A stretch of 32,000 nt of DNA from NCBI RefSeq assembly GCF_000195855.1, contig NC_002677.1, positions 2,910,001 through 2,942,000 of the forward strand, read 5' to 3'. Below the pieces are notes generated by a model. It did no database searches. It had not been told where the DNA came from and saw nothing but the letters and a program-made list of their open reading frames with translations. Positions within the stretch are counted from its first letter, which is position 1. Every line of letters begins with the position of its first letter. The stretch is from Mycobacterium leprae TN (GTDB lineage: Bacteria > Actinomycetota > Actinomycetes > Mycobacteriales > Mycobacteriaceae). Positions 10,626 to 20,879 of this stretch are shown piece after piece. The position numbers and the translations under genes were made by a program.

Positions 10626-11261
10626 ATGGTTCGGATAAGCGCAGTTCCGGTTGCGGATCAAGGGATCGCGGTGGTCACCTACGCCAATTTCGGCATCGAT
10701 GAGGCAGCCGCGAGAAACCCTGCACCCTTTGGGTTTCATGTGGTCGCCGTGGCGCGTCATGGGGACCGGAACACCGCGCTACTCGACGGGATCGGCAGAA
10801 CGGTGATCGTGATGAAAATCACAAATTATGGCGCGGTCGAGGCGTTGCTGCGCAGTTCGAACCGGGTTGATGTGCTGGTCAACAACCCCAGTGGCGCGTG
10901 GGGCTTGAAATTCGTCGCCAACGACGATTTATTGAAGCATTGACGCTGGATGTGGGCTACCAACATGGTGGATACGCTCCAGCTCAGCTGGGCACTGCTG
11001 CCCAAGCTGATCGACTCCGGCGACGTCCTGATCATCATGATCACCTCGATTGCGACGATGGGGATTTTACTGACGGCGACGCTGACTAAACGGCGGTCAG
11101 CAAGCCCAGAGCACCTGGCGCTGCACGCTACGCAGCGTAGAATAACTAGGGAAAGCCCGGTACGACTCACCGAGATCGCGCCAGGCGTGGTCAAAACAGA
11201 GTTCTCGATGTCCGCTTCGCTGGTGGCCAGCAGCGCGCGGACACCGCCTACGCCGGAATGA
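10626..11261 (+). pseudogene. Short-chain dehydrogenase/reductase pseudogene (Rv0484c-like)
   Basis: Two ORF pieces, 10626..10943 and 10950..11261, are separated by a stop. SDR landmarks survive: RVDVLVNNPSGA, ITSIA and PVRLTEIAPGVVKTEF. The glycine-rich NAD motif and the YxxxK catalytic motif are degraded. Confidence 0.65.
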
Positions 11262-11382
11262 CACTGCTGGCGTACACTGACGTCGCCTAAGTGATCAGAT
11301 TCGTGATGTTACAACCTTCCCATGATCAACGTGGACCAGACCATCTTCCGATCACATGATCAAGCGTCAACCACCCACCGCG

Positions 11383-12717
11383 CTAACCACCGGGTCTAGC
11401 CGTCCCTGAACCGCTCGTCGGAGTGCCCGACAAGATAGGAGCACCCGGCGGGGTGACCGGCGCGGTGACAGGAATCTGAGTGGCCGGCTGATGCACCGTC
11501 GGAAAAGATAGTAGCGCCGACATCCCCACCCAGGTGTCCCAGTCCACCGCCCAGTCCCAAATATCACCGTCGGAATAGGACAGCTGGATCGAGCTTCCGG
11601 TCACCTCAACCGGGTCACCATAGATCGCGCTGCGGTAGAACTGCTCGGCATCGCCCGTGGACAGATTGATACACCCGTTGGTAACATTAGTATTGCCCTG
11701 CGCTCCCACGCTTGCTGGGTTGGCGTGGATAAATTCACCATTATTGGAAATCCGTACTGCCCAGCGTTCATACACATTACTGTAGCCGGCAGCCGGGTTG
11801 GACATGTAGAAGTCGGAGTATTTCTCGGTGACCACATGGATGCCGTTGCGGGTCACGTTACGAGCCTGGTCGGCCTCGCCGTAGCTACACGGGAAGTCCA
11901 TGATGACGCCGGCATCGGTGACGACCTGAATGCGATGCGACGAGACTTCGGCCTTGACCACCTGGCGTCGACCGATCTGGATGTTCAACGACATGTCTTG
12001 CAGGCCGTATGCACCGTCGCCGAACGGCAGCCCGTAGAGCTTCGCGTCAACGTTCACGGTGGTGCCCGCCGGGTAGTACTCGCGCGGGCGATAGTGAATG
12101 CGGGCGCCTTTCGCCTCGTCAGGCAACCATGCCCAACTACCCTCAACGGGTGGGGTGGTAGTGACGGTCAACGCTTTTTCGACAGCGGATTTATCGCTGA
12201 TGGGCGCATCGAACTGGATGATGATCGGCGCCGCGACCCCTACCGTCTGGCCATCAGCGAGCTGGAATCCTCCATTGACCTTCTTTACGGGGGTCACAGT
12301 GCTAAACTTGCCCGTTACCGGAACAGCCTTGCCGTCGTGACCAACAGCCGAACCGTTCCAGGTATAGGTCGTGTCATAGCCCAGCGGCTCGGTAATCGTG
12401 TAGACGGTGCGATCTTGATTGAAAACACCAGCAACAACCTTGCCCACTGGGTTCGTCAATGTGACGCGCTGGAACCAGCCGTCGGCGATTTGGACACTGA
12501 TCGGCGCGACCGGGATCACGTCATCAGTCGCAGTCGCCGGCTGAAACGTCAAGTGCGGCGCTGGCGTCGTCTTCTTCTCGGATGGTTTGATCGCACTGCC
12601 CGCACAAGCGACAAATACACTCGGAGCAAACACACCTACCCCAAGAGCGGTCAAAGCCACGCGCCGATTAATCGACTCCCGGTTTTGACGCGGAGTGGAT
12701 GCGATCACGATACACAA
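11383..12717 (-). CDS. lprQ: Lipoprotein LprQ, an L,D-transpeptidase (YkuD domain)
   Basis: 444-aa ORF. It has a signal peptide with a lipobox (VFVACAGS), a YkuD catalytic motif ([23 protein letters not shown]), and a Pro-rich C-terminal tail. Confidence 0.9.
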   Translation of the reverse strand: MCIVIASTPRQNRESINRRVALTALGVGVFAPSVFVACAGSAIKPSEKKTTPAPHLTFQPATATDDVIPVAPISVQIADGWFQRVTLTNPVGKVVAGVFNQDRTVYTITEPLGYDTTYTWNGSAVGHDGKAVPVTGKFSTVTPVKKVNGGFQLADGQTVGVAAPIIIQFDAPISDKSAVEKALTVTTTPPVEGSWAWLPDEAKGARIHYRPREYYPAGTTVNVDAKLYGLPFGDGAYGLQDMSLNIQIGRRQVVKAEVSSHRIQVVTDAGVIMDFPCSYGEADQARNVTRNGIHVVTEKYSDFYMSNPAAGYSNVYERWAVRISNNGEFIHANPASVGAQGNTNVTNGCINLSTGDAEQFYRSAIYGDPVEVTGSSIQLSYSDGDIWDWAVDWDTWVGMSALLSFPTVHQPATQIPVTAPVTPPGAPILSGTPTSGSGTARPGG

Positions 12718-12788
12718 AGATACCGGGCCAGGCGACTTTCCCCCTCCCTAAACACTTTCCGCAAAATACGGTAACCCGTATCCAATAG

Positions 12789-13892
12789 CTACAACACGCA
12801 CCCAACCAGTGCAGGCTCAGGTTCGAGTGTGATACCAAACACCTCTAGGACCCCATTACGAACGGTGCGGGCCAGAGTTACCACATCTTCGGCGGTGGCG
12901 GCACCGCGGTTGGTTAAGGCAAGCACATGTTTGGTGGAAAGCCGGCATGGAGCTGCACCATCAGGATAACCCTTACCGAAGCCGGCCCGTTCCACCAGCC
13001 AGCCAGCGGCCAGCTTGACGCCGTCCTGCGCCGGATAATGCGGCACCGGCCCGTCCACCATCTTGGCTAGCTGACGGTAAACGTCCGGCGCTACTACCGG
13101 ATTAGTAAAGAAAGATCCGACACTCCAGGTGTCATGGTCTGCCGCATCGAGCACCATACCCTTGCGAACACGCAGCGCCAGCACCGCCTCGCGCACCGCG
13201 TGTGGGTTGGCGCGCTGCCCACTAGTCGCGTCGAGTGTGGCCACCAGCTCACCATAGTGCAACGGTGCGCTCTGCCCCGATGCATCGAGCTTGAACTCGA
13301 CTTCCAGCACCACAGCAGGCGGTTGCGACCCTGACGGGTCGGCTTGCTTGAAAACGCTGGTACGATAACCAAAACGCAACTCGCAGGCGGAGACCCAACG
13401 AACCGAGCCGCTACTGCGCTCCAGCAGCCGGACCCGAGTGATTGTGTCAGACACTTCTGCGCCGTAGGCACCCACATTTTGCACCGGAGTGGCCCCAGCC
13501 GATCCGGGGATACCAGACAGGCATTCCAGCCCACCGAGCCCGTGCTCGATGGCCCTAACCACCACGTCGTCCCAGACCGCGCCAGCCTCGGCACGCACTA
13601 GGTTGCCGTCGATAGTGATGCCGGCATTGGCCAAGCGCACCGCAGTCAAGTCGGCCAGCGTGTCGGCAATCACCAGGTTGGAGCCGCCAGCAAATATCAG
13701 CAGCGGCCCAGCTCCCCTGCCGCCGGCTGGTGCGTCTAGCTGCCGTATAACGTCGACTACCTGTTCAGTGCTGGCGCACGTTATAACCCGCTGGGCGACC
13801 GGACCGACCCGCAACGTGGTCAACGGCGCAAGTGACACCGCCTCTGCGACATGCGCGCCGGCAAAGAACGAACCGACAGCGCTCCGTTTCAT
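12789..13892 (-). CDS. murB: UDP-N-acetylenolpyruvoylglucosamine reductase
   Basis: 367-aa ORF. The FAD-binding N-terminal region reads LTTLRVGP...[10 protein letters not shown]. The C-terminal MurB domain reads SVGSFFTNP and [15 protein letters not shown]-like. Confidence 0.93.
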   Translation of the reverse strand: MKRSAVGSFFAGAHVAEAVSLAPLTTLRVGPVAQRVITCASTEQVVDVIRQLDAPAGGRGAGPLLIFAGGSNLVIADTLADLTAVRLANAGITIDGNLVRAEAGAVWDDVVVRAIEHGLGGLECLSGIPGSAGATPVQNVGAYGAEVSDTITRVRLLERSSGSVRWVSACELRFGYRTSVFKQADPSGSQPPAVVLEVEFKLDASGQSAPLHYGELVATLDATSGQRANPHAVREAVLALRVRKGMVLDAADHDTWSVGSFFTNPVVAPDVYRQLAKMVDGPVPHYPAQDGVKLAAGWLVERAGFGKGYPDGAAPCRLSTKHVLALTNRGAATAEDVVTLARTVRNGVLEVFGITLEPEPALVGCVL

Positions 13893-14192
13893 GGCAGGTA
13901 ACGATAGACTGGCCTACTATGCCGCTATAATGCGACATGTCCGCCGACTACGAAGGCGGTGTCGAAAACATTTTTCAGACATTAAACGAGGCGGACTACT
14001 GACAGGCCCTAGTGGCTAAGTCTGGCTAAGTCGTCCGCGGTCGACGGGATGCGGCTGGAGTCGAGGCGGGTGGGGTGCGGAGTCAAGCAACGACGGGACT
14101 ACTTGAAGTGGTCATCGTGCAGGTGATGCGCAGTCACAGCCTACCGAACCTGGTCAGACAGGTGCACCGAGGCAGCCTAAATACATTAAGAC

Positions 14193-14432
14193 GTGAGAAG
14201 ACCCCGGAGTCCAATCACTGATACTGATGGCGTCGCGCTGGAGGTCCATTGTGGGATCGATCTTGAATGCTCCGACGAACTTTTCGGGCATTGCAATGCT
14301 GTCGCCAAATCGGCCGAGTCCAGCGGAGCCCGGCTGAAGCTTCAGGTCACCGTTCAGGTGCGAATCACCATTATTGGCGGCAACCTCGAGAAGATCACCG
14401 GCACCCAGTTGAGCCGCATCGGTGAGACTTGA
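14193..14432 (+). pseudogene. Possible remnant of a conserved hypothetical gene (position of Rv0481c)
   Basis: 79-aa ORF with mycobacterial-type codon usage (GGC AAC CTC GAG AAG ATC ACC...), bounded by stops. It is on the same strand as, and upstream of, the amidohydrolase gene. It is much shorter than the expected homologue. Confidence 0.3.
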
Positions 14433-14640
14433 ACAGCGCTTCACCACGATGTGTCGCGAAGAACGCCTGATTAACTGCCGGCGTAACCTACCGCTCTCCA
14501 CCGGTCCAACCTGAGACTGCCCGACCGAAGCAACCGCCGGACCCATCCAGAACAGCCTCGCTCTCCCTCGCAAGCGGGCAATACCCCTTACCCTCACACC
14601 GCAAGCGCCGCGCGGCGTAGCCAAGCTTAAGCTGGCACGC

Positions 14641-15456
14641 ATGCGAATCGCATTGGCGCAAATCCTCAGCGGCACCGATCCGGTAGCAAACCTGCGGCTG
14701 GTGCGAGAGTACACAGGCCAGGCCACCGACGCCGGCGCGACGTTAGTGGTCTTCCCGGAAGCGACCATGTGCCGATTCGGTGTTCCACTGGGGCCGGTCG
14801 CTGAGCCCATAGACGGCCCCTGGGCCAACGGTGTGCGACAAATCGCGACCGAGGCCGGCATCACCATAATCGCCGGAATATTCACCCCCGCTGACGACGG
14901 GCGGGTAATGAACACGCTGATCGCTGCCGGCCCCGGGACACCCAACCAGCCCGACACCCACTACCACAAAATCCATCTCTACGACGCGTTCGGCTTCACT
15001 GAGTCACGGACGGTCACAGCCGGGCACGAACCGGTGGTGATCACAGTAGACGACGTCCAGGTTGGTCTCACTATTTGCTACGATATCCGCTTTCCAGCGC
15101 TGTACACTGAGCTGGCCCGCCGCGGCGCGCAACTGATCGTGGTCTGCGCGTCATGGGGCTCCGGTGCTGGCAAACTCGAGCAGTGGACGTTGCTTGCCCG
15201 TGCCCGTGCCCTTGACTCGATGAGCTACGTCGCCGCAGTCGGTCAGGCTGACCCAGGAGGTGCCCTGACCGACTCGGGCCCCAGCTCAGCCGCACCGACC
15301 GGAGTAGGCGGCAGCCTGGTGGCCTCGCCGTTAGGCGAGGTGGTGGCGTCGGCTGGCACCGAATCAAAACTGGTCGTCGCCGACATCGACGTCGACAACG
15401 TGACTACAGCTCGCGAGAACATCGCTGTACTGCGTAACCGGTCACATTTTGCTTAG
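14641..15456 (+). CDS. Carbon-nitrogen hydrolase (nitrilase-superfamily amidohydrolase, Rv0480c-like)
   Basis: 271-aa ORF. The Glu-Lys-Cys triad contexts are present: VVFPEATM, HKIHLYD and LTICYDIRFPA. Confidence 0.9.
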   Translation: MRIALAQILSGTDPVANLRLVREYTGQATDAGATLVVFPEATMCRFGVPLGPVAEPIDGPWANGVRQIATEAGITIIAGIFTPADDGRVMNTLIAAGPGTPNQPDTHYHKIHLYDAFGFTESRTVTAGHEPVVITVDDVQVGLTICYDIRFPALYTELARRGAQLIVVCASWGSGAGKLEQWTLLARARALDSMSYVAAVGQADPGGALTDSGPSSAAPTGVGGSLVASPLGEVVASAGTESKLVVADIDVDNVTTARENIAVLRNRSHFA

Positions 15457-15479
15457 GTTGATAGAGCACAATCACGTGG

Positions 15480-16499
15480 GTGACCAATCAGCAAGGACCA
15501 CCGAATGAAGGCCCTTCGACGTGGGCGCATCCCAGCTACCGGGGCCTCCTCAACCATCCGCAAGCTCCAACTGAACGGATGAAGGCCGGTGAGCCTCCGA
15601 CTGCGCCCGGCCAGCTGACACAGCAGACCGAGCAGATCGGAGGGGCAAATATGGAGGCACAGGGGGCAGGGAACCCACTAACGCGCACCACACCCCCGAC
15701 CCCAGCAGATCAGCTGGCTGCGCCGAAAAAAGACCCAGAACCAGAGAAAATCCAACGATGCTTGCTTCGCGACCCACTCGCCATCGTCCTGATCTTGATC
15801 ATAGTGGTTGCGCTCGTCATCAGCGGGCTAATCGGAGCCGAACTTTTTGCCCGCCACACCGCAAACAGCAAAGTCGCTAGAGTGGTGACCTGCGAGATCA
15901 AAGATCAGGCCACCGCGAAGTTCGGTGTGACACCATTATTGCTCTGGCAGTTCGCTACCCAACATTTCACCAACATCTCCGTGGAGACCGCAGGTAACCA
16001 GATTCGTGATGCCAAAGGCATGAAGATCGCGATAGACATTCAGAATGTGCAGATCAGAGACACTCCGACTTCGAGGGGCACGATCGGCGTGTTGGATGCC
16101 ATCATCACCTGGTCTTCTGATGGCATCAGGCAATCGGTGCAGAACTCGATTCCGGTACTTGGCGGCGTTGTCACCACCAGTGTGACCACTCATCCCACCA
16201 ATGGCACCATCGAGCTGAAAGGAATGCTGAACGACATTGTGGCTAAGCCGGTGGTGTCCAACGGTGGCCTGCAGCTACAGATCGTCAGTTTTAATACACT
16301 GGGATTCTCGCTGCCGAAAGAGACCGTGCAATTCACCCTGGACGATTTCACCACCAACCTAACCAAGAACTACCCCCTGGGCATCCACGCGGACAACGTG
16401 GAGGTCACTTCGACCGGCGTGACAAGCCACTTCTCAGCCCGGAACACTAATATCCCCAACAGCACAGGCGGTCAGGACCCCTGTTTCGCTAACCTCTAA
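15480..16499 (+). CDS. Proline-rich membrane protein (Rv0479c-like; C-terminal domain resembles DUF2993/LmeA-type)
   Basis: 339-aa ORF with a GTG start. It has a Pro/Gln-rich N-terminus, one strong TM helix (LAIVLILIIVVALVISGLIGA) and a beta-rich C-terminal domain. Confidence 0.8.
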   Translation: MTNQQGPPNEGPSTWAHPSYRGLLNHPQAPTERMKAGEPPTAPGQLTQQTEQIGGANMEAQGAGNPLTRTTPPTPADQLAAPKKDPEPEKIQRCLLRDPLAIVLILIIVVALVISGLIGAELFARHTANSKVARVVTCEIKDQATAKFGVTPLLLWQFATQHFTNISVETAGNQIRDAKGMKIAIDIQNVQIRDTPTSRGTIGVLDAIITWSSDGIRQSVQNSIPVLGGVVTTSVTTHPTNGTIELKGMLNDIVAKPVVSNGGLQLQIVSFNTLGFSLPKETVQFTLDDFTTNLTKNYPLGIHADNVEVTSTGVTSHFSARNTNIPNSTGGQDPCFANL

Positions 16500-16555
16500 G
16501 GGCTTCGTGACGCCCGGCAGCCATCGCTCGACCTGCACAGGAAAACAAATAGAGT

Positions 16556-17236
16556 TTAGCTGAGCCCATCCAGCACTTCTCGAGTGGAAGACAGGCCCAG
16601 CCTCGTGGCACCAGCGTCCAGCAGTGCGATCGCGTCAACGGCGGTACGGATGCCGCCGCTGGCCTTGACCCCTAGCCGGCCCCCGACGGCCTCGGTCATC
16701 AGCGTGACAGCACGCACCGACGCTCCCCCAGCGGGATGAAACCCAGTCGAGGTCTTGACGAAGTCCGCGCCGGCGGCTTCCGCGACGTGACACACTTCAG
16801 CCAGCGTACGTTCGTTTGCCTGGCCCAACAGCACCGCCGACTCCACAATCACCTTGAGTACGACACCGGCTATAGCGGAGCGCACCATCTCGATATCGGA
16901 CCGCACCGCATCGAGGTCTCCAGCCAACGCAGCACCGACGGCGATGACCATGTCGATCTCAGTTGCACCGGATGCTACGGCCTGAACTGCCTCTTGCGCC
17001 TTGACAATGGACACATGCTCGCCCGACGGAAACCCGACCACCGTAGCAACCCGCAAACCACCCGCACCGGCTTCGACGGCGGCCGGCACCATCGACGGGG
17101 AGACACACACCGCGTAGACGCCCAGCTCAACAGCTTCGGCAACAAGAGCAGCCACATCAGCATGGGTCGCCTCGGACTTGAGCAGGGTATGGTCAACCAG
17201 CGCCGCCAACTGTTTCCGAGTAGGTTGGCCCTGCAC
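16556..17236 (-). CDS. deoC: Deoxyribose-phosphate aldolase
   Basis: The ORF is open to 17290, but a GTG at 17236 gives about 226 aa ([20 protein letters not shown]...). The active-site Lys contexts FVKTSTGF and GVKASGGIR are present. This GTG overlaps the upstream gene's stop (TAGTG). Confidence 0.92.
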
Positions 17237-17704
17237 TACCGCGGTCCCTCGTCGGCTTGCTGTATTCCTTCGGATATACCGGGATGGCAACCGGCAGCGA
17301 ATATCTCGGAGTCATCGACGACGGGACGCCATGGCTCGAGATTCGAGCTTGTATTGCTGGGTTGCACAAATTCGGCGAACTGCCCGTGACAGATGAACTG
17401 CGCGTGCATGTCGGCGGTGTCGGCGTCCGGAGACAGCGTGAGGACGTCACCCCACGCTTCGTCGCCGGCAGCCACGTCGGGCTGCATCGCAGAGGTACGC
17501 CCAAAGAGGTTCGAGTAGGCTTGCAAGCTGATAAGGCTTCGCCAACGTGTCCATTTGGTGTGGTCAACAAAAGGCAGGACATACAACGGGCTCAAGGGGC
17601 TAGACATGCCAGTGTCCGGATCGGCCAAAGCGTAAACTGCACGCTACTAGCGAGCCGAGTACGCCAACAAGTACCGCCGCCGACGCGGCCGAAAGAACAG
17701 TCAC
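17236..17704 (-). pseudogene. DUF2599-type secreted protein (Rv0477-like) with its signal peptide frameshifted away from the mature domain
   Basis: The mature-domain ORF 17236..17628 (QFICHGQFAEF...[15 protein letters not shown]) starts only at a TTG. A signal-peptide-like ORF (VTVLSAASAAVLVGVLGSLVACS..., GTG 17704 to stop 17600) is in another frame. The two frames meet at a TTT run near 17625-17630. Confidence 0.6.
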
Positions 17705-17709
17705 TCGGT

Positions 17710-17997
17710 TTAGCGCGATTTGCCCTGAATATCGAGCAGCTTGGGCCGTACGTCAACCAGATAGACCCCAGCGGCACAGGCGGCTATCACTATGCCAAGC
17801 ACACCGAAGACGAAGCCTAGGATAGAGGTCAGCGACACAGCCGCACCGAGGATCACTAACCATACCGGTTTTGTCAGCTTTTCAGCGGCGGTATAGGCGT
17901 CGGGTCGCTGCAGCGCTGCATGCACAAACGCGTACACCGCCGTCACCAGAACGGCGAGCTGCAAGACCAACATGACAGTACCCACGAGGTGGCTCAT
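17710..17997 (-). CDS. Small integral membrane protein (DUF2516, Rv0476-like)
   Basis: The ORF is open to 18057, and the likely start is [10 protein letters not shown] at 17997. It has three hydrophobic helices and lies 5 nt upstream of the next minus-strand start. Confidence 0.8.
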   Translation of the reverse strand: MSHLVGTVMLVLQLAVLVTAVYAFVHAALQRPDAYTAAEKLTKPVWLVILGAAVSLTSILGFVFGVLGIVIAACAAGVYLVDVRPKLLDIQGKSR

Positions 17998-18116
17998 CTT
18001 GATAAGCGTATGCGGAGACCGTCCCAAACGTCGACTCCGAGTACGCCACCAGGACAACTCGGATCAAATGCGTTACCGGTCCGAGCCACCACACCAGGGT
18101 AATTCGGAACCTGAAC

Positions 18117-18683
18117 CTATTTCTGTGTGACCTTCTTGGCCGGAGCCTTCTTCGCAGGCGCCTTCTTGGCCGGAGCCTTCCTCGCAGGCGCCGCCGCCTT
18201 CTTGGGTAGCTCGATGCCGACCAGTTTGGCTGCACGCCCGCCAACCGCGCGGGTCTGCGACGCGACAGTACCCAGCGCCTCCTGAGTCAACTCGACAGCC
18301 TGGTCCACGTAACCCTCGGCACGTGCCGACGCATCTTCGAAAACCGGCCGGCTGCGTAACCGCTCCAGGGCGGCCTCGCCGCGCTCGACTAGCTCGTTGT
18401 ACCGGTTGGTCGCTGCCTCCAAATAGCCCTCAGCGGCCTTACGCAACTCGTCGGCGGTGAACTTCTCACGCAGCTCGCTAAGGTGTTCGGGCAGAACCTC
18501 CTGCAGTTTTGCCACGCGAGCGCGGCTCTCCTCAACACGGCTGCGGGTATCGATGCGGGTTTCTTCGGCACGTTCGCGCATGTTGCCGACCAGCTCATTA
18601 ACGGTGGTCAGGGCCAAGTCTGCCGCGCCCAGCGCTGCCAACAATGGCGCCCGCAGGTCGTCGACGTTAGGGTTTTCAGCCAT
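18117..18683 (-). CDS. hbhA: Heparin-binding hemagglutinin (adhesin) HbhA
   Basis: [25 protein letters not shown]... is followed by a coiled-coil region and a Lys/Ala/Pro-rich C-terminal tail ([28 protein letters not shown]). The ORF is open to 18698, but ATG at 18683 matches the known N-terminus as I recall it. Confidence 0.93.
   Translation of the reverse strand: MAENPNVDDLRAPLLAALGAADLALTTVNELVGNMRERAEETRIDTRSRVEESRARVAKLQEVLPEHLSELREKFTADELRKAAEGYLEAATNRYNELVERGEAALERLRSRPVFEDASARAEGYVDQAVELTQEALGTVASQTRAVGGRAAKLVGIELPKKAAAPARKAPAKKAPAKKAPAKKVTQK
18131..18190. repeat. Tandem 2 x 30-bp repeat (1 mismatch) encoding the KKAPA-type repeats of the HbhA tail
   Basis: ccttcttggccggagccttcttcgcaggcg occupies 18131-18160. 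It repeats at 18161-18190 with a single t-to-c change. A partial third copy begins at 18197. Confidence 0.9.
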
Positions 18684-18986
18684 GGTGTTTCCTTTCATGG
18701 ATTGTTGTCGTTATAGGCGTCAGTAGTATCTGGCCCGAGAGTTAGGCCAAGCGTCGGCTCCTCTGGGAGGAGTAGTCAAGACTCGCGGATTGACATTACT
18801 GTTTGGCCAACTAATCGGGTTGGATTCACCATGACCTGAACAAGGTCGCCCTTCTTCGGGTAACCCGGCAACCAGTGGGATATTCCCACAAGCCTCAGCC
18901 GATTCCGGACCAACCGGACTGATCAGTCGTGGGTACGGGCCTCGGTGGGACACGCCTCGAGGGTGGATTCGTTTTGATTAGGTGGA

Positions 18987-19368
18987 TTAAGCATAAATGT
19001 CAAGCAAAACCTGCTTCTGCCGCTCAGTGATCGCTGTATCGGTTATGATGACGTTACGCACTTGCCTGGTCTCACTGGCCTTAAGAATTCCGACTTGTAC
19101 ATAAAAGACCTCAGCGGAAACCCGTAGCACCTTTACGATTTTGGTTCAAGAGATCGGGGGACAGTTTGCGCGATCCGCTCTTCACCTGGCTCAAGTACAA
19201 ATTGCTGGCGCCGGACCGTTCAGCAAGCTACCGCATCGAGACTTGCGCCGTCTCACGCTGGGTTCTGATAAAACTACCCCTACCAGAGGCAGCGGTGAAC
19301 ACATTGGCAAAAAGTTTTCCATCTGAGACCACCGACGCACCTCCTTGCGTCCGATAGTCGGTGCTCAC
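18987..19368 (-). pseudogene. XRE-family HTH regulator pseudogene (Rv0474-like)
   Basis: The minus strand reads ...GKLFANVFTAASGRGSFIRTQRETAQVSMR*LAERSGASNLYLSQVKSGSRKLSPDLLNQ, with a TAG inside the HTH. After a 1-nt frameshift it continues IVKVLRVSAEVFYVQVGILKASETRQVRNVIITDTAITERQKQVLLDIYA*. An AAGGAGG-N7-GTG (19332) is an alternative start. Confidence 0.7.
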
Positions 19369-19375
19369 TGGCACT

Positions 19376-19423
19376 AGTATGCATAACAAATGCTTGCTTT
19401 CGCAAGCATTTGTTATGCATACT
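19376..19423. repeat. Perfect 22-bp inverted repeat with a 4-nt spacer (48 nt), AT-rich; candidate operator or RNA hairpin
   Basis: agtatgcataacaaatgcttgc-tttc-gcaagcatttgttatgcatact, checked base by base. It begins 1 nt after the stop of the DUF445 pseudogene and ends 8 nt before GTG 19368 of the XRE pseudogene. Confidence 0.9.
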
Positions 19424-20030
19424 TCAGAGCAAAATTTGCGCAACGGTGTACATTGTTAGCCCGGCCAGCGCACTCACCACGGTGCCATTGATCCGAATAA
19501 ACTGCAGGTAACGGCCGAGTGCAATTCGATGCGTCGGCTGGCTTACTCGCCGTCTCAGCACTCGATCGCCTCGGTGATGATCGCTATAATCTCTACGCCA
19601 TATTGCAAAACCAGATGCTGGGTCGCCCGCACCATCCAGCCCTCGACTTTGTCTCGCATGTAGGCGGCGTCACACACAGTGATTCCCCGATCCGAACCAC
19701 GGTGTGGGCTATGCGGGCGCACAACGTGCCGGACGAGTCGACCAACCCTTCTGGACCCTAAGAAACCAGCGCCTCAACGTCTGCCACGCCATTGCCGATC
19801 TCATCGCGCGCTATCAACTGCTCCTTGACAGCACAGGTGCGCGCAATAGTGGGCCGGTTCATGCTGCAGATCGTCAGCGAGTTCTAACAGAAATCGAGTC
19901 AACGAACGACGTAATTTGTGGTCGGGGTTGCGACGCACTTTGTCGGTGAAGTCCACCAAATCACAATCTATGCGGTTATCACAACAACGATGCGGCAACC
20001 TAACGAGATGATCGATGAAGCTCGGCGACC
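19424..20030 (-). pseudogene. Truncated DUF445-type membrane protein pseudogene (Rv0473-like)
   Basis: The minus-strand C-terminus reads RYLQFIRINGTVVSALAGLTMYTVAQILL*, with the stop at 19426..19424. An upstream piece, DLVDFTDKVRRNPDHKLRRSLTRFLLELADDLQHEP, lies in another frame. Only about 0.6 kb remains where about 1.4 kb is expected. Confidence 0.45.
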
Positions 20031-20177
20031 TACTTAGGTGAGTCGCACTCGACCACCCGCTAGAGCGGGAAACCAGTTACTGTAACCACACTTTTCCCCG
20101 AGGCCTTGTGCGCATGGAGCCCATGCCATCGACAGGCCATAATATCGAGTGCGTCTAGTGAATGGGAACCAGGGACA

Positions 20178-20879
20178 GTGGCAGAGCATATCCCGGCTGT
20201 GGCCGTCAAGACGGATGGCCGCAAGCGGCGGTGGCATCAACACAAGGTAGAGCGCCGCAACGAGCTGGTTGACGGCACGATCGATGCGATTCGCCGGCAG
20301 GGCCGCTTCCTGAGTATGGATGAAATCGCAGGGAAGATCGGGGTCTCCAAGACCGTGCTTTACCGCTATTTCATAGACAAAAACGACCTGACTACAGCGG
20401 TGATGATGCGCTTCGCGCAGACCACGTTGATTCCCAACATGGCCGCCGCGCTGTCAACGAATTTGGATGGCTTCGATCTTACTCGCGAAATCATCCGGGT
20501 ATATGTCAAAACCGTGGCGGCCGAACCCGAGCCATATCAGTTTGTGATGGCGAACAGCTCGGCCAGCAAAAGTAAAGTGATCGCCGACTCTGAGCGGATC
20601 ATTGCGCGCATGCTCGCAGTCATGATACGTCGCCGCATGCAAGAGGCCGGCATGGACGCCGGCGGTGTGGAGCCCTGGGCTTACTTGATCGTTGGCGGCG
20701 TGCAGCTTGCCACCCACTCGTGGATGTCGGACCCGCGGATGAGCGCCGACGAGCTGATCGACTACCTGACCATGCTCAGCTGGAACGCACTGTGCGGGAT
20801 CGTCGAGGTCGGCGGATCGCTGGAAAAGTTCCGTAAGCAGCCACATCCATCACCGATAATCCCACCACGAGGGCCCTAA
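20178..20879 (+). CDS. TetR-family transcriptional regulator (Rv0472c-like)
   Basis: The HTH region reads LSMDEIAGKIGVSKTVLYRYFIDKNDL. The ORF is open from 20106, but GTG at 20178 gives about 233 aa, matching the homologue length as I recall it. Confidence 0.85.
   Translation: MAEHIPAVAVKTDGRKRRWHQHKVERRNELVDGTIDAIRRQGRFLSMDEIAGKIGVSKTVLYRYFIDKNDLTTAVMMRFAQTTLIPNMAAALSTNLDGFDLTREIIRVYVKTVAAEPEPYQFVMANSSASKSKVIADSERIIARMLAVMIRRRMQEAGMDAGGVEPWAYLIVGGVQLATHSWMSDPRMSADELIDYLTMLSWNALCGIVEVGGSLEKFRKQPHPSPIIPPRGP

Noticed and set aside
11725-12774. 349-aa plus-strand ORF
   Set aside because: It is entirely antisense to the well-supported lprQ L,D-transpeptidase gene. It is Arg/Gly/Asp-rich with no domain features, which is the typical shadow ORF of GC-rich DNA.
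14013-14032. Direct repeat tggctaagtc x2
   Set aside because: It is only 2 x 10 bp in non-coding DNA, so it is consistent with a chance event or a small slippage duplication. No associated structure or gene is evident.
14154-14957. 267-aa minus-strand ORF
   Set aside because: Its 5' half is antisense to the nitrilase-family gene, which has an intact catalytic triad. The remainder mirrors a plus-strand fragment with better mycobacterial codon usage. I judge it a shadow ORF.
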